Source of the DNA: Chloroflexota bacterium
Lineage (GTDB): Bacteria; Chloroflexota; Anaerolineae; B4-G1
Length of the DNA stretch: 64,000 nucleotides
Assembly (NCBI GenBank): GCA_034189605.1
Contig: JAXHUO010000001.1
Location: forward strand, 63,606-127,605
Direction of reading: 5' to 3'
The position numbers and the translations under genes were made by a program. The notes under the pieces are model-generated. The model saw nothing but the letters and a program-made list of their open reading frames with translations, had not been told where the DNA came from and searched no databases. Shown piece by piece: positions 6,879 to 16,096 of the stretch (within the stretch, counting starts at the first letter, position 1; each line of letters opens with the position of its first letter).

Positions 6879-9241
6879 AACGACTGCTGCTCAGTACGGG
6901 AGATTATCTCATCCTGCAACGTTTTGCCGAGATCGCAAAAATAGTCGCTGTAGCCGGCCACGCGCACGATGAGATTCCGATACTGCTCCGGGTTCTTTTG
7001 CGCGGCGCGCAACGTGGCGCCATCCACGACGTTGAACTGCACGTGGTGGCCGTCCAGTTTGAAATAGGCTCGTATCAGATGGACCAACTTGTCCAGGTCG
7101 TCGTCATCCTTGAGCAACTGGGGCGTGAATTTCTGGTTGAGCAGCGTGCCACCGGTGCGGACGTGGTCCATCTTGGCCGCTGATTTGAGGACTGCCGTCG
7201 GGCCGTGCCGGTCTGCTCCCTGCACGGGGGAGATGCCTTCAGAGAGGGGCGACCAGGCCCTGCGTCCATCCGGTGTGGCCCCGGTCACTGATCCAAAGTA
7301 CACGTGAACCGTGGTCGGCAGCAGGTTGATGCGATAGGTTCCCCCCTTTGTGTTCTTGCGACCGTCTATAGCGTCAAAGTAGGCCTCGAACAGAGCCACC
7401 ATCACATCGTCGGCATAGTCGTCGTCGTTACCATACTTGGGCGTTTTGTTCAATAACATCTGGCGCACCCTCTCGTGGCCCACAAAATCGTCTTTGAGCA
7501 CGGCCAGTACTGTTTCCATCGCCAAGGTCTTTTCATCAAAGGCATGGTATTTGAGGGCGGTCATGGCGTCGGTGAGCGTGCCTATGCCCACACCCTGGAT
7601 ATACGTCGTATTGTAACGCGCGCCACCGTCGTGATAATCTTTGCCTGTGGTGATACAGTCGTCAATCAATAACGAGAGGAAAGGCGCAGGCATATACCTG
7701 GCGTACAGCCGCTCAATGACATTGTTCCCGTGGGCCTTGATGTTCACAAAGTGATTTAACTGCTTTTTGTAGGCCTCGAGCAGTTCCTCGAATGAGGTAA
7801 ATTGTGTAGGGTCTCCTGTTTCCAGCCCGATCCTGTGGCCTGTCCGGGGATCAATGCCGTTGTTCAGAGTGATCTCGAACACCTTGGGCATATTAAAGTA
7901 GCCCGTCAGGTTGTAATTCTCCTTTCCAAACGCGCCGACCTCTACACAACCACTGGAACCGCCGTTCCGCGCATCTGCAACAGACTTGCCCTGCCGGACC
8001 AGTTCCTGTACGATCAGGTCGCTGTTGAACACCGATGGCTGTCCAAAGCCTGTGCGGATGACGCGGGCTGCTCTTTTGACAAACCTGTCGGGGTTCTTTT
8101 TGCTGACTTGAACGGAAGAACTGGGCTGCAACAGCCGCATTTCCTCTATCACGTCCAGGAGCAGATAAGTGACCTCGTTGACGGCGTCGGAGCCATCTTC
8201 TTTCAGACCGCCCGTGTTGATCTGGGCGAAATCGGTGTAAGTGCTGCTTTCCGCCGCGGTGACCCCCACCTTGGGCGGCGCGGGTTGGTTGTTGAATTTG
8301 ATCCAGAAGCATTGCAACAACTCTCTAGCCTGCTCGCGGGTGAAATTTCCCGTTTCCAGACCTCTCTTGTAAAACGGATATAGATGCTGATCCAGCCGGC
8401 CTGGGTTGAAGGCGTCCCAGGGGTTCAGTTCCGTCGTTACGCCGAGGTGGACGAACCAATAGTACTGCAATGCCTCCCATAAATCCCGGGGTGCGTGCGC
8501 CGGTACGTGTGAGCAAACCTCGGCTATGCGCTCCAGTTCCTGTTTTCTCTGCAGGTCGGTCTCCTGCTGCGCCAACTCTCTGGCTTTTTCCGCGTGCCGT
8601 TCCGCAAAGCGGATCAGGGCATTTGCGCAGATGAGCATGGCCCTGAGTTGTTCTTGCTTGTCGTATGCTTCCGGGTCATTCAAGTAATCCAGGTTTTTCA
8701 GATTCTGCTGAATGTCTTGCCCAAAGTCGAGGCATCCTTTGTGGTAGATCTTGTCATCCAGGACGGTGTGACCAGGAGACCGTTGCTCCATGAACTCGGT
8801 AAAGACACCGGCCTGATACGCAGCCTTCCATTCCTCTGTCATTTCCTGAAAGATGAGTTCGCGCATCGTCTTACCCCGCCAGAAGGGGATGATGGTTTCC
8901 TCATAGACCTGCCGGGCCTGGGGACTGACGGCAAAGGATATCTTTTCTCGGGAGTTGAGGATATCCAGGTCTTCCAGGCTATGGCAACAGAGTTCCGGGT
9001 AGGTTGGCGTCGCTTTGGGAACCGGGCCTTTTTCGCCGATGATCAGTTCGCCTGCGTTGATACAGATCGTCTTGTGTTCCATCACATACTTGAACGCCAG
9101 GGCGCGGCGGACGGGCGCGGACACTGGCCCCAGGTTTTGTTGGTAGAATTCGGTCAACAGTTCCGCTCTCTCGGTCGAGAGAGTGGGCCTGGCATCCAGA
9201 CTTTGCTGCCTCAGTCGGGCGACTCTTTCACCCATGAGCAT
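6875..9241 (-). CDS. glycyl radical enzyme, PFL2/glycerol-dehydratase family, substrate unknown
   Basis: 788 aa. C-terminal glycyl radical motif RVAGYSDYFCDL and thiyl loop GGSSGCVEVGAFG. The stop overlaps the convergent GT39 stop by 4 bp. Confidence 0.85.
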   Translation of the reverse strand: MLMGERVARLRQQSLDARPTLSTERAELLTEFYQQNLGPVSAPVRRALAFKYVMEHKTICINAGELIIGEKGPVPKATPTYPELCCHSLEDLDILNSREKISFAVSPQARQVYEETIIPFWRGKTMRELIFQEMTEEWKAAYQAGVFTEFMEQRSPGHTVLDDKIYHKGCLDFGQDIQQNLKNLDYLNDPEAYDKQEQLRAMLICANALIRFAERHAEKARELAQQETDLQRKQELERIAEVCSHVPAHAPRDLWEALQYYWFVHLGVTTELNPWDAFNPGRLDQHLYPFYKRGLETGNFTREQARELLQCFWIKFNNQPAPPKVGVTAAESSTYTDFAQINTGGLKEDGSDAVNEVTYLLLDVIEEMRLLQPSSSVQVSKKNPDRFVKRAARVIRTGFGQPSVFNSDLIVQELVRQGKSVADARNGGSSGCVEVGAFGKENYNLTGYFNMPKVFEITLNNGIDPRTGHRIGLETGDPTQFTSFEELLEAYKKQLNHFVNIKAHGNNVIERLYARYMPAPFLSLLIDDCITTGKDYHDGGARYNTTYIQGVGIGTLTDAMTALKYHAFDEKTLAMETVLAVLKDDFVGHERVRQMLLNKTPKYGNDDDYADDVMVALFEAYFDAIDGRKNTKGGTYRINLLPTTVHVYFGSVTGATPDGRRAWSPLSEGISPVQGADRHGPTAVLKSAAKMDHVRTGGTLLNQKFTPQLLKDDDDLDKLVHLIRAYFKLDGHHVQFNVVDGATLRAAQKNPEQYRNLIVRVAGYSDYFCDLGKTLQDEIISRTEQQSF

Positions 9242-9351
9242 AGCGTCATCCTCCCACTTTCATTCACAATTGTACTACTGGATTCTAGACGATTTTGAGC
9301 AAAGAGCAAATAGTGTCCTGCCCTGGACGCGTTGCGCTTGCCATCGGGTCA

Positions 9352-9380
9352 TTGCGGGAGTTGCATCCCAGTGGTATAAT
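9352..9380 (+). promoter_or_regulatory. sigma-70-like promoter TTGCGG-17-TATAAT
   Basis: -35 at 9352-9357 and -10 at 9375-9380. The GTG start of the next gene lies only 8 nt after the -10, implying a leaderless or near-leaderless mRNA if both calls are right. Confidence 0.4.
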
Positions 9381-9388
9381 CCTCTCTC

Positions 9389-10381
9389 GTGAAGAGACAA
9401 TGGAAGTTATGGGGTGGGTTGATCATCAGCGGGGTGGCACTGGTCCTGGCCCTGGCTGGCATCGAGTGGGACCAGGTGGGTCTGGCGCTGCGGCGGGCCG
9501 ACTGGCGTTATCTCGTGCCGGCCGCTGTCTCGCTCCTGGCCTACCTTCTGACGCGCTCGATCCGTTGGCGTATCCTTCTGGGGCCAAAAGTTCGCCTGGC
9601 TGAGGCCTTTGCCGTGACCAACATCGGCTATCTGGTCAGCAACCTGCTCCCCTTCCGCCTGGGCGACCCGGCGCGGGCAGTGGCGATCGGGCTGGGGGGC
9701 AAGGCAAAGATAAGCGCGGCGCTCTCCACCATCGTCGTCGAGCGCGTGTTGGATATGCTGATGGTGGTGTTATTGCTGGCGGTCACGATGCCCTTTGTTG
9801 GACAGTCCGGGTGGATGAGAGAGACCGGCATACTGGCTGGGGTGGGGGCGCTGGTTGTGCTGGCCGTGCTCGTCGCCCTGGCCCTGTGGCCCGACCAGGG
9901 ACACCGTTTCCTGCGCGGTTTACTTTCCCATCTCCCGCGTGTTGACGCCGAGCGGTGGATGCAGGTCTTGGGTGGTCTCCTGGACGGGCTGGCTGCGCTG
10001 CGCTCTGGGCGGCGGGCGCTCGGTCTGTGTTTGTGGTCGCTCATCGCCTGGGCTTTTTGCGTTGGCTATTATTATGGTATGATCCGGGCCTTTCTCGATT
10101 CGCCTACGTTGCTCATGGCTACCTTTCTCACGTGTGCCATAGGGCTGGGTATGGCGGTTCCGGCTTCGCCCGGGGCGATGGGGGTCTTTCACGCTTTCGC
10201 CCGGTATGCACTGGTATTGCCTTTTGGTGTGGATGCTGCCGATGCCGTCGTCATCGCTTTTGCCGCGCATACCTACCAGTATATCATAATGATCCTGCTG
10301 GGCTTGTGGGGCCTGACCCGGCAGAATCTCTCCCTCGGTCGGCTACGGGCCGACGTGACAACTACTTTGACAGAGGAGTGA
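9389..10381 (+). CDS. LPG-synthase-TM / UPF0104 flippase-like integral membrane protein
   Basis: 330 aa, about 8 TM segments. The N-terminal WKLWGGLIISGVALVLAL...IEWDQV...L pattern is typical of the lysylphosphatidylglycerol-synthase TM-region family, which is often found next to glycosyltransferases. Confidence 0.6.
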   Translation: MKRQWKLWGGLIISGVALVLALAGIEWDQVGLALRRADWRYLVPAAVSLLAYLLTRSIRWRILLGPKVRLAEAFAVTNIGYLVSNLLPFRLGDPARAVAIGLGGKAKISAALSTIVVERVLDMLMVVLLLAVTMPFVGQSGWMRETGILAGVGALVVLAVLVALALWPDQGHRFLRGLLSHLPRVDAERWMQVLGGLLDGLAALRSGRRALGLCLWSLIAWAFCVGYYYGMIRAFLDSPTLLMATFLTCAIGLGMAVPASPGAMGVFHAFARYALVLPFGVDAADAVVIAFAAHTYQYIIMILLGLWGLTRQNLSLGRLRADVTTTLTEE

Positions 10382-10385
10382 AATA

Positions 10386-11465
10386 GTGACCAATCCTTCG
10401 ACAGGCTCAGGACACCGTACCTCGACAGGCTCAGGACAGCCCTTTCTCGTCACAGGTGGAGCCGGCTTTATCGGCTGTAACTATGTCCACCGGCTGTTGG
10501 CGCGGGGTGAACCGGTGACAGTCTACGATAACCTGTCCCGCCGGGGCACCGAGGCCAACGTGGCCTGGCTGCGCGAGTTGCACGGCGAGCACAGTTTTCG
10601 GCTCGTGGTGGGTGACGTGCGCGATTACGGGACGTTGGCCGAAGCGGCGCGAGGCGTCGGCGTCATCGTGCACCTGGCCGGCCAGACGGCGGTCACCACT
10701 TCGGTGGAGGACCCCCGCTCCGATTTTGAGCACAACGCGCTGGGTACCTTTAACGCGCTGGAGGCGGCGCGACACGCGGGCACCAATCCCATATTCCTCT
10801 ATGCCTCCACCAACAAGGTCTATGGCGGGATGGAGGAGGCGGTGGTGATCGAGCAAGAGACCTGCTACGCTTATCGGGATTTCCCGCTTGGCATCCCGGA
10901 GACACAGCCGCTCGACTTCTGCTCGCCCTACGGCTGTTCCAAGGGGGCTGGCGACCAATACGTGCGCGACTACACCCGCATCTATGACTTGCCGGCGGTG
11001 GTTTTTCGCCAGTCATGCATCTATGGGCCACGGCAGATGGGGGTCGAGGATCAGGGCTGGGTGGCCTGGTTCATCATCGCCGCTGTCACCGGCCAGCCCA
11101 TCACCATCTACGGTGACGGCAAGCAGGTGCGCGATGTGCTCTTTGTGGATGATTTGCTGAACGCTTATGATGCGGCCATCGCCCACATTGACGTCGCAGC
11201 CGGGCAGGTGTATAACGTTGGAGGAGGGCCGGTCAATACGATGTCGGTGTGGGCTGAGTTTGGGCCTATCCTGGAGCGGCTGCTGGGTCATCCTATCATC
11301 GTGCCCTATCGCGAATGGCGGCCGGGCGACCAGCGCATCTATGTCTCTGACATCCGCAAGGCTGGGCGTGAGTTGGGCTGGCGTCCTCGTATGGGTGTCG
11401 AGGAAGGTATCCGGCGATTGTATGAATGGGTCGCCGCCAACCACTTGTTGTTTGAAATGGGGTGA
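10386..11465 (+). CDS. NAD-dependent sugar epimerase/dehydratase (SDR extended family, CDP-paratose 2-epimerase-like)
   Basis: FLVTGGAGFIGCNY Rossmann motif and YGCSKGAGDQY catalytic YxxxK. The N-terminal 18 aa are encoded by a 24-bp direct repeat (TCGACAGGCTCAGGACA twice). Confidence 0.8.
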   Translation: MTNPSTGSGHRTSTGSGQPFLVTGGAGFIGCNYVHRLLARGEPVTVYDNLSRRGTEANVAWLRELHGEHSFRLVVGDVRDYGTLAEAARGVGVIVHLAGQTAVTTSVEDPRSDFEHNALGTFNALEAARHAGTNPIFLYASTNKVYGGMEEAVVIEQETCYAYRDFPLGIPETQPLDFCSPYGCSKGAGDQYVRDYTRIYDLPAVVFRQSCIYGPRQMGVEDQGWVAWFIIAAVTGQPITIYGDGKQVRDVLFVDDLLNAYDAAIAHIDVAAGQVYNVGGGPVNTMSVWAEFGPILERLLGHPIIVPYREWRPGDQRIYVSDIRKAGRELGWRPRMGVEEGIRRLYEWVAANHLLFEMG

Positions 11466-11539
11466 CAAGGTGACAGGGGTAGAATTTCGAGTTCCCTTGT
11501 CTCCCGCCCACATCATAAATCTTGTAAAGGTGTGTTCTA

Positions 11540-12697
11540 GTGAAGATACTAGTTGTTCTCACTTACTACCGTCCCCACACCAGCGGTCTGACCATCTATG
11601 CCGAGCGGCTGGCGCGGGGGCTGGCGGCACGGGGACATCAGGTCACCGTGCTGACCTCTCGCTTTGATCGCTCTCGTCCTATTGAGACGTTGGAGGATGG
11701 CGTGCGGGTGGTGCGCGCGCCGGTACTCTTCCGTATCAGCAAAGGGGTCATCATGCCGACTTTTGGCTGGCTGGCGACGCAACTGGTGCGGGAGCACGAC
11801 GTCGTCAGTCTGCACCTGCCGCAGTTCGACGCGGCCGGCGTGGCGGCGCGGGGTCGCTTGATGGGTAAGCCTACGACGCTGACCTACCATTGTGACCTGC
11901 AACTCCCACCTGGCCGGTTCAACCGGCTGGTCAACCAGGTGGTGTACTTGATGAATCGGTTGGCCGGGATCTTTTCCGGCCGGGTGGTCGCCTATACACA
12001 GGACTTTGCCGCTCACTCCCCTTTCCTGAAAACGTTCCGCGACAAACTGGAGGTCATTCCGCCGCCAGTGGAACTGCCGGAGGTGGGACCAGGGGCGGTG
12101 GCGGCCTTTGCCAAGATGCACAATCTGGACGGGAGCAGGCCGGTGATTGGGATGGCGGCGCGGCTGGCGGCCGAGAAGGGGATCGAGGTGTTGCTGAACG
12201 CGCTGCCACGTGTGTTGGAGGTCTATCCCAAGGCGCGGGTGCTTTTCGCCGGTCAATATCGGGATGTATTGGGCGAGGAGGCTTATGCCCGGCGGCTGGC
12301 TCCGTTGTTCCACCAGTATGAGGAGCAATGGGAGTTCCTCGGCGTGCTGAATCCGTTACGGATGGCGGCTTTTTACCCCAATCTGGACGTCGTCGTCGTG
12401 CCCAGCCTCAATTCAACCGAGTCGTTCGGGCTGGTGCAGGTGGAGGCGATGTTGTGTGGCACGCCCTCGATTGCCAGCGACCTGCCGGGGGTGCGCCAGC
12501 CGGTGCTGCAGGCGGGGATGGGGGAGGTAGTACCGATAGGGGATAGCAAAGGTTTGGCGGAGGCCATCCTGCGTGTGGCTGACAATCACGCCGATTACGT
12601 GCGCCCCAGGGAGGAGATCGCAGAGCGGTGGAGCACCGAGCGCACGGTGGCGCAGTACGAGGCGCTCTTCGAGCGGATACTGGAGGAGATGGGATGA
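11540..12697 (+). CDS. GT4-family glycosyltransferase
   Basis: 385 aa. KILVVLTYYRPHTSGLTIY N-terminus and C-terminal ESFGLVQVEAMLCGTPSIASD (EX7E-type GT-B motif). Confidence 0.85.
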   Translation: MKILVVLTYYRPHTSGLTIYAERLARGLAARGHQVTVLTSRFDRSRPIETLEDGVRVVRAPVLFRISKGVIMPTFGWLATQLVREHDVVSLHLPQFDAAGVAARGRLMGKPTTLTYHCDLQLPPGRFNRLVNQVVYLMNRLAGIFSGRVVAYTQDFAAHSPFLKTFRDKLEVIPPPVELPEVGPGAVAAFAKMHNLDGSRPVIGMAARLAAEKGIEVLLNALPRVLEVYPKARVLFAGQYRDVLGEEAYARRLAPLFHQYEEQWEFLGVLNPLRMAAFYPNLDVVVVPSLNSTESFGLVQVEAMLCGTPSIASDLPGVRQPVLQAGMGEVVPIGDSKGLAEAILRVADNHADYVRPREEIAERWSTERTVAQYEALFERILEEMG

Positions 12698-12798
12698 CAG
12701 GGGGGCGGGGGGACGAGGACACCGGGGCCGACCCGATGCCGGAGATGCTCAAGCCGGTCTCCTCGACGTGCGGCGCTTCTTCGAGTGGGAGGTTCACG

Positions 12799-15255
12799 TT
12801 GAATGTATTATCAATCACAAAACGTTACTTGGTTCTACTCTTGTTTGCTTTGTTGGTTGTTCTTATAGGTGTTCAAAGTGTATCGTCGCAAGTACCAAAT
12901 GTACCAAATACTGTTACTTCATTTCCCGTAAGTACACCTTCACCTGAAGTTACCACCTGTCGTCCTGGCAGTGGATGGAGATGGACAAAGGGACCATCAA
13001 AGCCCGAGATTGCAGAGCAGGTTCAGCAAACACTTGGTCAGATGGGAATAGAAGTCTTGGTTGAGGCTAATGGTTATGGCGAAACCGACTCATGTGGCAC
13101 ATTCAATATGTTTGGGATTGATTTCGCCATAACCGTGAGAAGTGAGAATCAGATTAGTGAGACAGACCAGCAAGAACTCACTGACAGGATATATCCAATA
13201 CTAGTGAGGTTTGGGAAGCCTAACCTTGGAAACGCAAGAGTTACATTCCTTCCTAGCAACATAGTGCTTACCATCAAACCTCCTGTGTCAATTTCGCCCA
13301 GTACGGTCGCTAGCCAATCCCCCGCATCAACCCTCGACGCCGTTTGGCATCAAGTCACGACGGCGGATTCGCCTCTTGGTAGATATACGCATGGACTTGC
13401 ATACGACAATCACCGTAACGTTGCGGTTCTTTTCGGTGGAGACAGTACAGGTTCTTCCCGACTGAGCGATACTTGGGAGTTTAATGGAACGAATTGGACA
13501 CAAATCACCCCCACGCAATCGCCACCTGGCAGGGCAAATATTGATCAGACTCTAGTTTATGACTCCAACCGTAGAAGAACGGTTCTCTTTGGTGGTTTGG
13601 GCGCTAGCAACTACCTCAGCGATACTTGGGAATACGATGGCACAACATGGACACAAGTTGAAGCCGGCTTATCACCTCAGAGACGCGATTCATACGCTAT
13701 GGTATTTGACAGTCATCGTGGGGTTGTAGTTCTATTTGGTGGTTATGGTAGCTCCGGCTCTCCCTTCAGCGACACTTGGGAGTACAACGGAGCATGGCAA
13801 CAAGTGAGTACATCGCAATCACCGAACGGAAGGTTTCATCATGCGATGGCTTACGATGAGAGTCGCAATGTAACGGTTCTATTCGGAGGACTAGACGGTG
13901 ACAGTACAAAGTTAGAGGATACCTGGGAGTATGACGGAACTACTTGGCATGAAATCACTCCTACTCAATCACCGCCTGCAAGAGATAACCACAGCATGAC
14001 GTATGACAGTGCGCGTGATGTGATAGTCTTGTTCGGCGGCATGGGTGACAGTGGGCCAATTAGCGATACCTGGGAATATGATGGGACAACATGGCGGCAG
14101 ATAACAACCACTCAATCGCCTGCCCCCAGAACGGAGGTGTCTCTCACTTATGATCGACAACAAGACGCGGTTCTATTCTTCGGCGGCGGATACTGGAGTG
14201 GTGGGATATTGACTGTTTTTACCGAAACGTGGGAATACGTCGGCCCATCGCACCGCGTTTTCCTGCCAACTGTTATGTGTTCGTATGCACCAAGTGAAGT
14301 TTTCAACCGAAAGGTTTGTGTGGTTGTATACGATCCTATTCTGAACAATGGGCAGAATCTAAGCACTTATCTGGGTTGGAATAATCATGCAGATCTAACT
14401 CAAGGAACAATTGATTTCTTTGGACAGGCCACAAACAACAGGTTAAATTACAGCGTGATCTACACCTCAATCATCACTGACGGCTGGCCTGAGAAGATAG
14501 ATGGATTTCGCTATACCGAAGAAGAATACCTTGCTGTGATCAACGGTCAGAGTCCGCCTCATTCGCCAGATACAGTTGATTACAACAAAATTGTCAATTC
14601 TCCTATACTTGATATTTGTGGAAAAGCAAACCGTGGTGAAATAGATGAGGTGTGGATTTACAACGGTCCCGCCTTTGGCTTCTATGAATCCACACTCGTC
14701 GGTCCTGGTGCATACTGGTACAATTCTCCACCGGTTTCAGGACCTCACGATTGCAACAGACTAATTCCCATCATGGGGCCGAGTCCTGAGCGTAACCTTG
14801 ACTGTGCAGTTCACAATTTTGGTCACCGGACCGAATCGACAATGACGGAAGTTTATGGGAGTTGGCAACAGAACAGGACAGCACATAATTGGGAGAGATT
14901 TGCTCTAGTAGAAGCGTTATCCCCTGACTACTTTTACAGTGGGTGTGGGAACATTCACTACCCACCCAACGGGACGAGTGATTATGACTATGGTAACACT
15001 TCTACTGTCCTCTCGAATTGCGACGATTTCGCAAACTATCCCGATCTAGGCGACCCCGCTGAGACGGCCAAATCTGTCACTTGTTCAGATTGGGGTTGCA
15101 CACAAATTAATTACCTTGCGTACTGGTTCGGACATCTACCGTCTAACAATGGTTGTGGTCCCGACACAGTCGCAAATGATTGGTGGGAATACTTTGTCGA
15201 TCCTGCTCTTGCGTTGAATCCGTCCTCGCCCTGCCAATCTAGCTTCTACAAGTGA
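12799..15255 (+). CDS. secreted Kelch-repeat beta-propeller protein with an uncharacterised C-terminal domain
   Basis: At least six repeats of the type DTWE(Y/F)(D/N)GT(T/N)WTQ(I/V)..TQSPP.R. Signal-anchor LVLLLFALLVVLIGVQSVSSQ. I prefer the TTG start at 12799 (GGGAGG 7 nt upstream). The ORF-track start 12628 overlaps the GT4 gene in G+C-rich DNA. The C-terminal ~330 aa (contains HNFGH) has no family I recognise. Confidence 0.7.
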   Translation: MNVLSITKRYLVLLLFALLVVLIGVQSVSSQVPNVPNTVTSFPVSTPSPEVTTCRPGSGWRWTKGPSKPEIAEQVQQTLGQMGIEVLVEANGYGETDSCGTFNMFGIDFAITVRSENQISETDQQELTDRIYPILVRFGKPNLGNARVTFLPSNIVLTIKPPVSISPSTVASQSPASTLDAVWHQVTTADSPLGRYTHGLAYDNHRNVAVLFGGDSTGSSRLSDTWEFNGTNWTQITPTQSPPGRANIDQTLVYDSNRRRTVLFGGLGASNYLSDTWEYDGTTWTQVEAGLSPQRRDSYAMVFDSHRGVVVLFGGYGSSGSPFSDTWEYNGAWQQVSTSQSPNGRFHHAMAYDESRNVTVLFGGLDGDSTKLEDTWEYDGTTWHEITPTQSPPARDNHSMTYDSARDVIVLFGGMGDSGPISDTWEYDGTTWRQITTTQSPAPRTEVSLTYDRQQDAVLFFGGGYWSGGILTVFTETWEYVGPSHRVFLPTVMCSYAPSEVFNRKVCVVVYDPILNNGQNLSTYLGWNNHADLTQGTIDFFGQATNNRLNYSVIYTSIITDGWPEKIDGFRYTEEEYLAVINGQSPPHSPDTVDYNKIVNSPILDICGKANRGEIDEVWIYNGPAFGFYESTLVGPGAYWYNSPPVSGPHDCNRLIPIMGPSPERNLDCAVHNFGHRTESTMTEVYGSWQQNRTAHNWERFALVEALSPDYFYSGCGNIHYPPNGTSDYDYGNTSTVLSNCDDFANYPDLGDPAETAKSVTCSDWGCTQINYLAYWFGHLPSNNGCGPDTVANDWWEYFVDPALALNPSSPCQSSFYK

Positions 15256-15267
15256 GGGAGACAAACG

Positions 15268-16047
15268 ATGATAGGCCGTATCCAATACTATTTATCTTCA
15301 ATTCCTACTATTTTGGGGCAGGTTGAGAACTGGTACATGCTTCTTCCGATCTTGTTACGCAAGCAACCAGTAGTGATAGGATTGAGAAACGGATGTAAGT
15401 TCCAAGTGCGAAGCCTGATGGATGTGTGGATCGTTAAAGAGACATGTCTAGACCGCGATTATGAATCAAACAGTGTTCAGATCAAAGACGGTTGGACTGT
15501 GATTGACATAGGTGCAGGAATTGGCGAATTTGCGATACTGGTCGCCAAAGAGCACCCCAGCAGCCAAGTTTACGCTTATGAACCATTTCCAGAGTCATTT
15601 GTTCTATTTCAAGAGAATTTGAACTTGAACATGACGGAGAATATAAGAGCTTTTCAGATGGCAGTTGGCTCAAAATCAGGCAAGATGATGCTTGCTACAA
15701 CAGGAGAGGCAGTGCAACATACAACTACACATAGCACTGTATCAGGCAGCGCGACCTCTATGATTGAAGTTCAAGGGCTTTCACTTGATGATTTGTTCCA
15801 AATAAGTGGTATAGGGCATTGCGATTTTCTGAAAATTGACTGTGAAGGTTGTGAGTTTGAAATACTATTCAATGCAAGTCAGGTAACCTTAAGGAATATT
15901 GACCACATTTGTCTCGAGTATCACGATGGTGTTACGGAGTTTTCGCACCAGGACCTTGCTCAGTTCTTTGAAAAGAGAGGCTTTCAAGTGAGACTGACGC
16001 GCAATCCCGTTCATCGCCACTTGGGATTCTTGCACGCTTTCCACTGA
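15268..16047 (+). CDS. FkbM-family SAM-dependent methyltransferase
   Basis: VIDIGAGIGEFAILVAKE...VYAYEPFPESF...FLKIDCEGCEFEIL is characteristic of FkbM methyltransferases. Confidence 0.8.
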   Translation: MIGRIQYYLSSIPTILGQVENWYMLLPILLRKQPVVIGLRNGCKFQVRSLMDVWIVKETCLDRDYESNSVQIKDGWTVIDIGAGIGEFAILVAKEHPSSQVYAYEPFPESFVLFQENLNLNMTENIRAFQMAVGSKSGKMMLATTGEAVQHTTTHSTVSGSATSMIEVQGLSLDDLFQISGIGHCDFLKIDCEGCEFEILFNASQVTLRNIDHICLEYHDGVTEFSHQDLAQFFEKRGFQVRLTRNPVHRHLGFLHAFH

Positions 16048-16096
16048 AATCAAAGGTCAATGCTAGTTTGCAAGTAAGATCTGAAAGGAGTACACA

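Noticed and set aside
12628-12798. Upstream extension of the Kelch-protein ORF (start 12628).
   Set aside because: It overlaps the 3' end of the GT4 gene in G+C-rich DNA and encodes Gly/Arg-rich filler. The signal-anchor and the composition shift begin at the TTG at 12799, which has a GGGAGG RBS.
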